Below the pieces are notes generated by a model. The model was not told the DNA's origin. It saw nothing but the letters and a program-made list of their open reading frames with translations, and ran no database searches. A DNA stretch of 64,000 nt from the IMG/VR virus record IMGVR_UViG_3300027819_000009, positions 1 through 64,000 of that record; one strand, given 5' to 3'. Made by a program: the position numbers and the translations under genes. Positions 1-7,308 of the stretch are shown here, one piece after another (the stretch's first letter is position 1; every line of letters begins with the position of its first letter). The DNA is from a virus (Duplodnaviria > Caudoviricetes).

Positions 1-121
1 TTGGCTTTTGTCAAAGCGAGTGTTCCCCGAAGGCCTCTGGCCGGCGGGGCTTCGAGAAGCGGATCGCATTCCCCAAAAGCAGGGAGGGGGCGCTTGCGCC
101 AGGACAGAGGCTTTTGGGGAA
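1..121. repeat. 144-bp GC-rich element, copy 1 (truncated by the window start)
   Basis: Identical to nt 24-144 of the copy at 1748-1891; followed by CGG and an attC-like hairpin. Confidence 0.95.
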
Positions 122-209
122 CGGTTGAGGCTAAAAGCAGTTGCCTATACAAATACTGCTATGAAATACTAATGCTGATGGCAATTGCTTTTTAGCCTTT
201 GTTATAAGC
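122..209 (-). repeat. attC-like hairpin
   Basis: Arms ggctaaaagcagttgcc / ggcaattgctttttagcc, ending in GTTATAAGC. Confidence 0.75.
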
Positions 210-229
210 TGTTAAAATAAAAATTAGCG

Positions 230-487
230 ATGGCTTTGATAATTATTGGAACTGACAAAATGTGTACCTGCAATTGTGCAATGAAATGCGTTACACAACA
301 TAAAAGCGGAATGATGCCAAGATGCACAAAAGAAGAAATTGAAAACGCAGGACATAAAACAATTGAAGTGAATAGCACAAAAGACGATAAAATTATAAGA
401 GATATTTTGTGCATTGATGGCGATGAAAAGAAGATTAGACTTGACCTTGTTAGAAACAATAAGGTGCGTAGGAAATTTTTATTTTAA
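230..487 (+). CDS. Cassette-borne hypothetical protein
   Basis: ORF exactly fills the unit 201-498. Confidence 0.7.
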   Translation: MALIIIGTDKMCTCNCAMKCVTQHKSGMMPRCTKEEIENAGHKTIEVNSTKDDKIIRDILCIDGDEKKIRLDLVRNNKVRRKFLF

Positions 488-489
488 TT

Positions 490-1005
490 GCTTATAACGG
501 ATGGGGCTAAACGCAGTTACTTAAACTTTTGAGGGAAGGAATTTAATACTAAAAATATGAAAACAAATTGCTATTGCAGAAAAAATAATATCGAGGACAG
601 GCATTCGTGCGAACATTTTAATTATGATAATGAATGTAACCTTGACATAATTAAAAAGGGATATTGTTGGAGCGAGGACAGCCAAAATAAAAGATGCAAA
701 GAACAATGCGAAGATTGTAGAAAGGATATTTTAAATACACCAGAGGTAGGCGATACAGTACATTGGCAATATACGCACCATTTGAATAGCCGAAGCACAA
801 CCGAAATAGTAAAGACTGGTGTATTGATACGAATTGGTCAAACGAAAAAGAAATTTTTGGCTGACTGGACTACCAAAATAGGAGTAGTGCAATTTAAAGG
901 AAACAAAAAGCCTTCACGAATTAGATTTGACCAATTAATTAAGAAGTACTAATGTGCGATGGCAAAAAAAGTTTAAGTAATTGTCGTTTTAGCCTGTGTT
1001 ATAAG
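490..1005 (-). repeat. attC-like site split by an ORF in its loop
   Basis: Left arm gctaaacgcagttacttaaacttt (about 506-529) pairs with right arm aaagtttaagtaattgtcgttttagc (about 968-993); encloses ORF 557-952. Confidence 0.75.
557..952 (+). CDS. Hypothetical protein with Cys-rich N-terminus, inside an attC loop
   Basis: ORF preceded by an A-rich leader. Confidence 0.75.
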   Translation: MKTNCYCRKNNIEDRHSCEHFNYDNECNLDIIKKGYCWSEDSQNKRCKEQCEDCRKDILNTPEVGDTVHWQYTHHLNSRSTTEIVKTGVLIRIGQTKKKFLADWTTKIGVVQFKGNKKPSRIRFDQLIKKY

Positions 1006-1109
1006 GCGAAGCGAACCGTTGGCTTTTCGCCAATGGCTTATAACGTTACACGGCTATAAGTAGTAAACCAAAAAAAGCGAAGGAATTATAAACTAAAAAC
1101 AAAACAAAT

Positions 1110-1376
1110 ATGAAACAAAGATTAGAGATTTTCAAAACAGAAAGAACAAAAATTATGAGCGAAATGTTTGATAACCCAGACAATTGCGGAATTTACCCAA
1201 CCACTAAATGTTTTGAGGCGTTGGATAAATTATATTCGGAATTATGCCGAAAAGAAGCAATAGCATTTGGAGCAGAATACGCTTATAGAAAAGCTAATCC
1301 AGAAGGCAAAATGGATGTACCAAGTATCGTGTATGAAAATGCTGAAAGTTATTACGATAAAAAATTTGATATATAA
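1110..1376 (+). CDS. Hypothetical protein
   Basis: ORF with A-rich leader (aaaacaaatATG). Confidence 0.75.
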   Translation: MKQRLEIFKTERTKIMSEMFDNPDNCGIYPTTKCFEALDKLYSELCRKEAIAFGAEYAYRKANPEGKMDVPSIVYENAESYYDKKFDI

Positions 1377-1398
1377 AATAAAAAACCTAAATATTAAA

Positions 1399-1668
1399 AT
1401 GGAAAATACATTAGAAGATTTAGTTTCGACAATAGAGCGAAATTCAAACGATAACAAAGCGGAAATTACTAACGTGAAATTGTGGGCGGATTCGTGGCGA
1501 GAAGAATTTAGGGACAAGATAAATGAATTGCTTAAAGAATTTGATTTGGAAGAATACGATGTAGAACTGAGAATGGATTCGGTAAAAACGCAATTAAATT
1601 ATTGGCTGAAAGAAATGGATGGAGTACAAGATAAGAACCAAACTGTTTTGAAACTAAAACGTGCGTAG
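1399..1668 (+). CDS. Hypothetical protein (likely start 1399, not 1267)
   Basis: ATG after the upstream stop with an A-rich leader; helical, acidic protein. Confidence 0.7.
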   Translation: MENTLEDLVSTIERNSNDNKAEITNVKLWADSWREEFRDKINELLKEFDLEEYDVELRMDSVKTQLNYWLKEMDGVQDKNQTVLKLKRA

Positions 1669-1747
1669 GCTTTTTGGTTTATTACTTTATAGCCGATGTT
1701 AGCAAAGTGGGTGAGCCTGTGTGTAAGCCCGTTTTAATGTTTGCTAA

Positions 1748-1891
1748 TGCGATCCGCTTTGCGAATGGCTTTGGCTTTTGTCAAAGCGAGTGTTCCCCGA
1801 AGGCCTCTGGCCGGCGGGGCTTCGAGAAGCGGATCGCATTCCCCAAAAGCAGGGAGGGGGCGCTTGCGCCAGGACAGAGGCTTTTGGGGAA
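1748..1891. repeat. 144-bp GC-rich element, copy 2
   Basis: Inserted in TAA|CGG; 88/144 G+C; internal 1827-1850 is the reverse complement of the joined ends. Confidence 0.95.
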
Positions 1892-1979
1892 CGGTTGGGG
1901 CTTAACGAAGTTTGCTTTATACCAAATTAAAAAAATGGAAAAATGATAAAGCAAATTTTGTTTAAGCCCGTGTTATGTG
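1892..1979 (-). repeat. attC-like hairpin
   Basis: Arms ggcttaacgaagtttgctttat / ataaagcaaattttgtttaagcc. Confidence 0.8.
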
Positions 1980-2053
1980 TCTGTAAAATTTTTAATAATT
2001 ATTTTTTGCGAGGGAATTTTAATTTAATCATTAACTAATAAAAACAAAATCAA

Positions 2054-2608
2054 ATGGGAACAAGAAATTTAACAATGGTAATTAGCCAAGAAAAAACGAA
2101 AGTTGCACAATACGGACAATGGGATGGCTGCCCTGAAGGACAAGGTGCAACTGCATTAGAGTTTTTAAGGAAATCAGACCTTAATAAATTTAAAGAGCAA
2201 GTGGACAAACTAAGTTTTTTCACAGAGGAAGAAATCAAAGCTATTGACAGCGATGGTAATTGGAAGGACAAATATCCTTATTTGAGTAGGGATATGGGCG
2301 CGGAAATATTAAAAGCCATTTACGATGGGCAAGTGGAAAAACTTATCAATAAAGAAGCGTTTGCTGGAGATAGTTTGATGAACGAATGGACTTATGTAAT
2401 TGACTTAGATAAAAACACCTTTGAAGTTTATGAAGGGCTTAATCAAAAACCATTAGCCGAAACAGAAAGATTTTTCAGCTACTTTAATCATCCCGAACAC
2501 AGGACTGAAAAATATTACCCTGTTAAACTTGCAAAGACATATTCGATTGCTCAATTGCCAACCGAAGAAGAATTTATTGCTGACTTTACTGAAAAGGAAG
2601 AAGAATAA
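2054..2608 (+). CDS. Cassette-borne conserved phage hypothetical protein
   Basis: 184-aa ORF filling unit 1972-2666; MGTRNLT...YGQWDG...EWTYVIDLD resembles a common phage family. Confidence 0.8.
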   Translation: MGTRNLTMVISQEKTKVAQYGQWDGCPEGQGATALEFLRKSDLNKFKEQVDKLSFFTEEEIKAIDSDGNWKDKYPYLSRDMGAEILKAIYDGQVEKLINKEAFAGDSLMNEWTYVIDLDKNTFEVYEGLNQKPLAETERFFSYFNHPEHRTEKYYPVKLAKTYSIAQLPTEEEFIADFTEKEEE

Positions 2609-2658
2609 TCATTTAATCATTTGTGCGGTGGAAAAAATAATTATTAAAAATTTTATTG

Positions 2659-2738
2659 CACATAACGTTCCGCAGCTTTGCGTCTGTTGTGCGTTGGATA
2701 GTGAGGTAGGAGAATAGCGCAAAGGTGATGTTACCAAA
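2659..2738 (-). repeat. attC-like hairpin (uninterrupted)
   Basis: CACATAAC...ctttgcg / cgcaaag...GTTACC. Confidence 0.7.
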
Positions 2739-2800
2739 GTGTGTAAGGAATTTGAGCGTAGGCTCGTTGTTTAATTAATAAAAATAAAAAAGCGAAGGAT

Positions 2801-3151
2801 ATGGAAATAAAAATGAGAATTGTTGTGCCTGATGATTACACAGGAAACGGTATTAAGTTAACCGCAGGAACGCAAATTGAAATAATAAGGCAATCTGAAT
2901 TGGTCAGAGAGAATAACTCCATTACAGGGGAGGAGTTTACAAAAAGGATGAATGAAGTTATTAGAAAGCACTTCGGATATTTTGGGAGTAAGGTTGATAA
3001 GGCGTGTGATGAAATTATACGGACAGCTTGGGAGTATAATATTGCGAGTAAAAGCCATAAATGTAGAGATTGCCCCAAAATATTAAATGAGGATGATGGA
3101 GATATTATTGCAATTGGAGTTTGCTCAACTTGTAACACTACCAGTGCGTAG
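2801..3151 (+). CDS. Cassette-borne hypothetical protein
   Basis: ORF within unit 2730-3186; C-terminal CxxC...CxxC. Confidence 0.7.
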   Translation: MEIKMRIVVPDDYTGNGIKLTAGTQIEIIRQSELVRENNSITGEEFTKRMNEVIRKHFGYFGSKVDKACDEIIRTAWEYNIASKSHKCRDCPKILNEDDGDIIAIGVCSTCNTTSA

Positions 3152-3186
3152 GCTTTTATTTTTATTAATTAAACAATGTTTGGTAA

Positions 3187-3330
3187 TGCGATCCGCTTTG
3201 CGAATGGCTTTGGCTTTTGTCAAAGCGAGTGTTCCCCGAAGGCCTCTGGCCGGCGGGGCTTCGAGAAGCGGATCGCATTCCCCAAAAGCAGGGAGGGGGC
3301 GCTTGCGCCAGGACAGAGGCTTTTGGGGAA
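3187..3330. repeat. 144-bp GC-rich element, copy 3
   Basis: Identical sequence, inserted in GGTAA|CGG. Confidence 0.95.
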
Positions 3331-3423
3331 CGGACGGGGCTTGGCGATAGTGCCACCAAGCAACCGATAAATTCAAGGCACAAAGCTGATTGGTGGCATT
3401 TTGCCAAGCCCATGTTACCAGCA
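3331..3423 (-). repeat. attC-like hairpin
   Basis: Arms gggcttggcgatagtgccacc / ggtggcattttgccaagccc. Confidence 0.85.
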
Positions 3424-3463
3424 GTATATTTAAAATTTAGGGAGGCATTAAAACAAAATTACA

Positions 3464-3733
3464 ATGGGAAATTTAGTAGGATTAGAAGGAACTAATGGCA
3501 GAGAGATGGAAGCTGTTTTTATAAAAAAGCCATCTGATATTAGAAAAATATTGCGGGCTGGAAAGGGAGCAACGACAGCCGATGATAACGGAGCTATAAA
3601 TATTTGGCGTGATGATGAGGGCATGATAAGATGCGATGCGATGGCTTATATGCGCTCACTTGAAAAGAAGAAATATAAAACGCTGACAGAGGCTGAGAAG
3701 TGGGTTGCTAAATGGCTAAATAAGATACGCTAA
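3464..3733 (+). CDS. Cassette-borne hypothetical protein
   Basis: ORF within unit 3414-3767. Confidence 0.75.
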   Translation: MGNLVGLEGTNGREMEAVFIKKPSDIRKILRAGKGATTADDNGAINIWRDDEGMIRCDAMAYMRSLEKKKYKTLTEAEKWVAKWLNKIR

Positions 3734-3767
3734 TGTGCGCTGGCAATTTTAAATATATTGCTGGTAA

Positions 3768-3911
3768 TGCGATCCGCTTTGCGAATGGCTTTGGCTTTTG
3801 TCAAAGCGAGTGTTCCCCGAAGGCCTCTGGCCGGCGGGGCTTCGAGAAGCGGATCGCATTCCCCAAAAGCAGGGAGGGGGCGCTTGCGCCAGGACAGAGG
3901 CTTTTGGGGAA
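3768..3911. repeat. 144-bp GC-rich element, copy 4
   Basis: Identical sequence, inserted in GGTAA|CGG. Confidence 0.95.
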
Positions 3912-3990
3912 CGGTAAGTATTGGTTTAGTAAAGCCATACCAATACTTCAAATAAAAAATGGCTTTATTGAACCAATACATTGTTAAATT
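3912..3990 (-). repeat. attC-like hairpin
   Basis: Arms gtattggtttagtaaagccat / atggctttattgaaccaatac. Confidence 0.8.
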
Positions 3991-4007
3991 TAGTTATTTT
4001 AAAAAAT

Positions 4008-4199
4008 ATGGCGGCATTATTTATAGGATTTGGAATTGAGTTTTTTTTTCGTTCACTTATTATATTAGCAAATATTTTTCTTATTGTGATTTGCTATAAA
4101 GGAATAAGGGAATTAAATGCTGATAGTGAAAAAAACAAAAAAGAATTGGCTAAAATGAAGGAAGAATATAAACGAGATTATGGTACGGATATTTTTTAA
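4008..4199 (+). CDS. Cassette-borne small membrane protein
   Basis: Hydrophobic N-terminal half; ATG at 4008. Confidence 0.6.
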   Translation: MAALFIGFGIEFFFRSLIILANIFLIVICYKGIRELNADSEKNKKELAKMKEEYKRDYGTDIF

Positions 4200-4207
4200 A
4201 ATAATTG

Positions 4208-4303
4208 AATTTAACGGACGAGGGTTGGCGAAGTGCCGCTAACGAAAACCTCAAATTTAGCACAAAACTACCTGCGGCATTTTGCCAAACCCGTGTTATG
4301 GGA
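4208..4303 (-). repeat. attC-like hairpin (uninterrupted)
   Basis: AATTTAAC ggacga gggttggcgaagtgccgc / gcggcattttgccaaaccc gtGTTATGGG. Confidence 0.85.
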
Positions 4304-4350
4304 TAGTTTTAAAAACCTTTTAGGGTGGGCATTTAAACAACAAATAAAAA

Positions 4351-4728
4351 ATGGAAACAAAAATTAAAAATGCAAGTGTAAAAGTAATGTTGAGTTATGA
4401 CTACTCACATTTTGAGGCTTCAATGTCATTAGAAAATGATAATGGATTGACCGTAAAAGAAATTGATGCTGCCCGTAAAGACTGCCAACGATTAGCGGAT
4501 AAAGCTGTGGCACAATACAAAACTGCAAAGGCACAAGCAGCTTCAAGAAATGACGGGCAATACAAAATGAAAAACTTTGAAGCCGAATGTATCAAAATCA
4601 AAGCGAAGGATGAACACGACAGAACGCTGAAAGAAATTGCAATGTTGAAGCAATACGAAAATGAAAACTGGCAGGCTCAATTTGATTATGATTACGATTA
4701 TGATGATGACGATAATTACGGTTTTTAA
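4351..4728 (+). CDS. Cassette-borne hypothetical protein
   Basis: ORF within unit 4295-4764; acidic DYDYD tail. Confidence 0.8.
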   Translation: METKIKNASVKVMLSYDYSHFEASMSLENDNGLTVKEIDAARKDCQRLADKAVAQYKTAKAQAASRNDGQYKMKNFEAECIKIKAKDEHDRTLKEIAMLKQYENENWQAQFDYDYDYDDDDNYGF

Positions 4729-4764
4729 GGTGCGGTGGGAAAAGGTTTTTAAAATTTCCCATAA

Positions 4765-4908
4765 TGCGATCCGCTTTGCGAATGGCTTTGGCTTTTGTCA
4801 AAGCGAGTGTTCCCCGAAGGCCTCTGGCCGGCGGGGCTTCGAGAAGCGGATCGCATTCCCCAAAAGCAGGGAGGGGGCGCTTGCGCCAGGACAGAGGCTT
4901 TTGGGGAA
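4765..4908. repeat. 144-bp GC-rich element, copy 5
   Basis: Identical sequence, inserted in CATAA|CGG. Confidence 0.95.
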
Positions 4909-4961
4909 CGGTGAGTGCTTGTTGCCGTTATTTTCAATGGCATACAAGCACATGTTAGCTT
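4909..4961 (-). repeat. Short attC-like hairpin
   Basis: Arms gtgcttgttgccgtt / aatggcatacaagcac. Confidence 0.75.
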
Positions 4962-4995
4962 TAGTTACCTATTGCGAATTATAAAACGAAAATAT

Positions 4996-5202
4996 ATGTA
5001 CGAAGAAATAAAAAAGACAAGTTACTATTATGTGATAGTACATAAAGTAAGCGGTAAAATGCTTTTGCAGGATTGTAAAGCACCGATATATTGGAGCATG
5101 AAAGTTGCAACCGAAAGATGCAAATTATTCAGCGACTTTAAGGTGGCAAAAATACCTGCAAAAGTTTTTAACGAAGCGGTAAGCAAAGCAATAGGTAATT
5201 GA
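4996..5202 (+). CDS. Cassette-borne hypothetical protein
   Basis: ATG at 4996 within unit 4954-5209. Confidence 0.65.
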   Translation: MYEEIKKTSYYYVIVHKVSGKMLLQDCKAPIYWSMKVATERCKLFSDFKVAKIPAKVFNEAVSKAIGN

Positions 5203-5590
5203 AGCTAACGTATCGGGGCTAAACGAAGATTTAAACCTTTTGTGCGGTGGGGTTACACTGCATTCACAATATAAATAAATACAAAATGAAAAAGAAAATT
5301 GTTTACGAAACACAGTGGGTTGCGAGGGACAGCCAAAAAGAATACCCTCACGGATGGGGCTTTACTGCACCGTTGGTAGAATTTCCACAGGATGCTGACC
5401 CTGCGTGGTGCGGTGAGATGTGCAGAAAGCATTTGAGTAATGAAAAATTTGAGTGCATTGGAGCAACCCCAAGAGGAGTTATCAATGGACAATTTTCTTT
5501 TGAATACCCAAAGAATGCAGAAGAATGGAAAGCGTACAAAGAGCATGAGCAAGAAAAGGTTTAAATTTTTGTTTTAGCCCTTGTTATAAG
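5202..5590 (-). repeat. attC-like site split by an ORF
   Basis: Arms gggctaaacgaagatttaaacctttt / aaaaggtttaaatttttgttttagccc enclose ORF 5286-5564. Confidence 0.75.
5286..5564 (+). CDS. Hypothetical protein inside an attC loop
   Basis: ATG at 5286 after an A-rich leader. Confidence 0.7.
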   Translation: MKKKIVYETQWVARDSQKEYPHGWGFTAPLVEFPQDADPAWCGEMCRKHLSNEKFECIGATPRGVINGQFSFEYPKNAEEWKAYKEHEQEKV

Positions 5591-5615
5591 TCAGGTGGGC
5601 ATTTTCGCCCACTTG

Positions 5616-5645
5616 CTTATAACGGTATATATACGCAATGCCTTT
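5616..5645 (-). other. Candidate attI recombination site
   Basis: Last core site; minus strand reads gcgtatatataccG^TTATAAG; has no hairpin partner; lies immediately upstream of the integrase start. Confidence 0.5.
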
Positions 5646-5689
5646 AACTATTTAGAAAGCAAAGAGTTATTTTAAGATTATAATAGAAA

Positions 5690-6874
5690 ATGGGAAAGAT
5701 ATTTATTTATAGCCTTGTTTGTCCGGTTGGCGAATCTGTTAAATATGTTGGAAAAACCAAAACCGAGTTAAGTATTCGGCTATCTGCCCACCTAACCGAT
5801 TCTGGAGAAAACATAGAAAAAAACCTATGGATCGGCTCTTTAAAAGAAAAAGGACTGCGACCTGAAATTAAATTACTTGAGGTTACAAATGATGAGTTTT
5901 GGGAAATAAAAGAGGGACAATGGATAGAGAAATTTACTAACGATGGGGTTAAGCTGTTCAATAAAACACTAGATGAAAACCATAAGTTTGTAATTTTAAC
6001 TGCATATTTATCCACATTAAAAAGGCTAAACTACCGTCCCCAAACAATCAAATCTTATAGGGGATATTTTTTATGTTACTTGCGAGATTTTACAGGAAAG
6101 ATTTATAAAGACATTAAGGTTGCTGAAATAACATCTTATTTATCTGAGTTAGTTGAAAATAAAAACATATCGCCGGTTCATCAAAACTCTCTAATCAATG
6201 CCATTAAGTTCTATTATGAAAAAGTATTAAAATACCCTAAACAAACCTACTATATTAGCCGGCCAAGAAAGCCATCTAAAATACGCCCAATTTTATCGCC
6301 AGAACAAGTTTTAAAACTAGTCGATTCTATTAGTAATTTAAAGCAAAAAACCGCAATGCAAATTATATACTCTGGTGCATTGAGAATTGGAGAGGCTGTA
6401 AAACTACTAGTTTGCGACTTTGATTTTAATATCCGAACTTTAATGATTCGGGATGCCAAAGGAGGCAAGGATAGGATAGTAACACTTCCTGAACAAACAA
6501 TGAACTTAGTTAAAATGTATTTAGAAGAATATAAATGTGATTACTGGCTTTTTGAAGGACAGAATAAAGGAGAGTGCTATTCCCCATCTTCTATACAGCA
6601 AGTTTTCGGTAGGCAAATTAAGTCTCTTGGGTTTAATTTAGAACTAACTCCACACTGCCTCCGTCATAGTAGATTAAGCCATGTTTTAAATAGCGGAGTT
6701 AAAATTGAGATGGCTAGTAAATACGCAGGACACAAAAGCATATCTACAACGGCAGATATTTACTATCACTATATGACGGATGATATGCAGTCGCAATTTG
6801 ATGCGGCAGATGAGAAAATACTAACAAAATCAAAACAATTAAATGAACTAAACAACCAAAAACAACTAAAATGA
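5690..6874 (+). CDS. Tyrosine recombinase (integron/Xer-like, SAM-like N domain) with an N-terminal GIY-YIG domain
   Basis: Catalytic set present: LRIGE (R), AKGGKDR (K), HCLRH, GH, TTADIY(Y). First ~90 aa contain IYSL...YVGKT...R...H...E...N of GIY-YIG. Confidence 0.9.
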   Translation: MGKIFIYSLVCPVGESVKYVGKTKTELSIRLSAHLTDSGENIEKNLWIGSLKEKGLRPEIKLLEVTNDEFWEIKEGQWIEKFTNDGVKLFNKTLDENHKFVILTAYLSTLKRLNYRPQTIKSYRGYFLCYLRDFTGKIYKDIKVAEITSYLSELVENKNISPVHQNSLINAIKFYYEKVLKYPKQTYYISRPRKPSKIRPILSPEQVLKLVDSISNLKQKTAMQIIYSGALRIGEAVKLLVCDFDFNIRTLMIRDAKGGKDRIVTLPEQTMNLVKMYLEEYKCDYWLFEGQNKGECYSPSSIQQVFGRQIKSLGFNLELTPHCLRHSRLSHVLNSGVKIEMASKYAGHKSISTTADIYYHYMTDDMQSQFDAADEKILTKSKQLNELNNQKQLK

Positions 6875-7308
6875 AACACGAACCAAAAAAATACAGCCTT
6901 TTTTGCTGTGCATGTGGAGATAAATTTATAGCAGTTAGATCCGATGCAAGAACATGCTCCGAAGGATGCCGACTTGCTATTTGCATGATGGGCAAGGTAA
7001 TTAGAGAACAGGAGAAAGAACTATCCGTAGAGGATAAGGCTAAACTTGAAGAGGCAACTATAAAAATAAAGTCTGCTGATACGGATATTATTCGGAGAGT
7101 AAAATACAGGAAGGATGCCGATGATAGCATTATCATTCCTGATGCTGTAAAAAAGCAACTTACAAAAGAGGAGCTTAATCCCAAGCGTAAAAAGAAGGCA
7201 AGGGATCCTAAAAACGACAAGCGCCTTATACCAGGAGAAACCGGCAAGGAGATGGATAAGCTCGAAAACAAGGAGAGGAAGGAACGCAAAAAGAAGGATA
7301 AGGAATGA
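6871..7308 (+). CDS. Hypothetical protein with Zn-binding N-terminus and basic tail
   Basis: CxxC...CxxxC; overlaps the integrase stop (ATGA-type coupling). Confidence 0.7.
   Translation: MKHEPKKYSLFCCACGDKFIAVRSDARTCSEGCRLAICMMGKVIREQEKELSVEDKAKLEEATIKIKSADTDIIRRVKYRKDADDSIIIPDAVKKQLTKEELNPKRKKKARDPKNDKRLIPGETGKEMDKLENKERKERKKKDKE

Larger units (their letters stand above)
1037..1706 (-). repeat. attC-like site split by two ORFs
   Basis: Left arm cggctataagtagtaaaccaaaaaaagc pairs with right arm gctttttggtttattactttatagccg; bounded by TAAC and GTTA. Confidence 0.75.
1..5645 (-). mobile_element. Integron-like gene-cassette array (continues beyond the left edge), oriented on the minus strand from a candidate attI next to the integrase
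   Basis: Each unit's left end is the reverse complement of its own right end: GTTATAAGC 201/GCTTATAAC 490, GTTATGTG 1972/CACATAAC 2659, GTTACCAAA 2730/TTTGGTAA 3179, GTTACCAGCA 3414/TGCTGGTAA 3759, GTTAAATT 3983/AATTTAAC 4208, GTTATGGGA 4295/TCCCATAA 4757, GTTAGCTT 4954/AAGCTAAC 5202. Units are separated by imperfect hairpins bounded by TAAC...GTTA. Confidence 0.85.

Noticed and set aside
1267-1398. 133-aa version of ORF 1267-1668
   Set aside because: It uses a TTG start overlapping the upstream gene by 110 nt; ATG 1399 has the typical A-rich leader.
1748-1891. Group IIC-attC intron, IS1111-attC MITE or known ribozyme
   Set aside because: No GUGYG...AY boundaries in a register that restores the target, no terminal or subterminal inverted repeats, and no hammerhead core. 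GGCCGGC resembles the HDV P1 start, but I found no downstream P1 partner. A covariance-model search is still needed to exclude these fully.
1-4908. CRISPR array interpretation of the repeats
   Set aside because: Repeats are 144 bp with 0.4-1.6 kb gene-containing intervals, and there are no cas genes.
1-4984. ORFs reading through the 144-bp repeat (e.g. 1-195, 1674-1946, 3087-3495, 3733-3987, 4661-4984 and antisense versions)
   Set aside because: They are open only because the GC-rich repeat lacks stops; they start and stop at different places in each copy and cross recombination sites.
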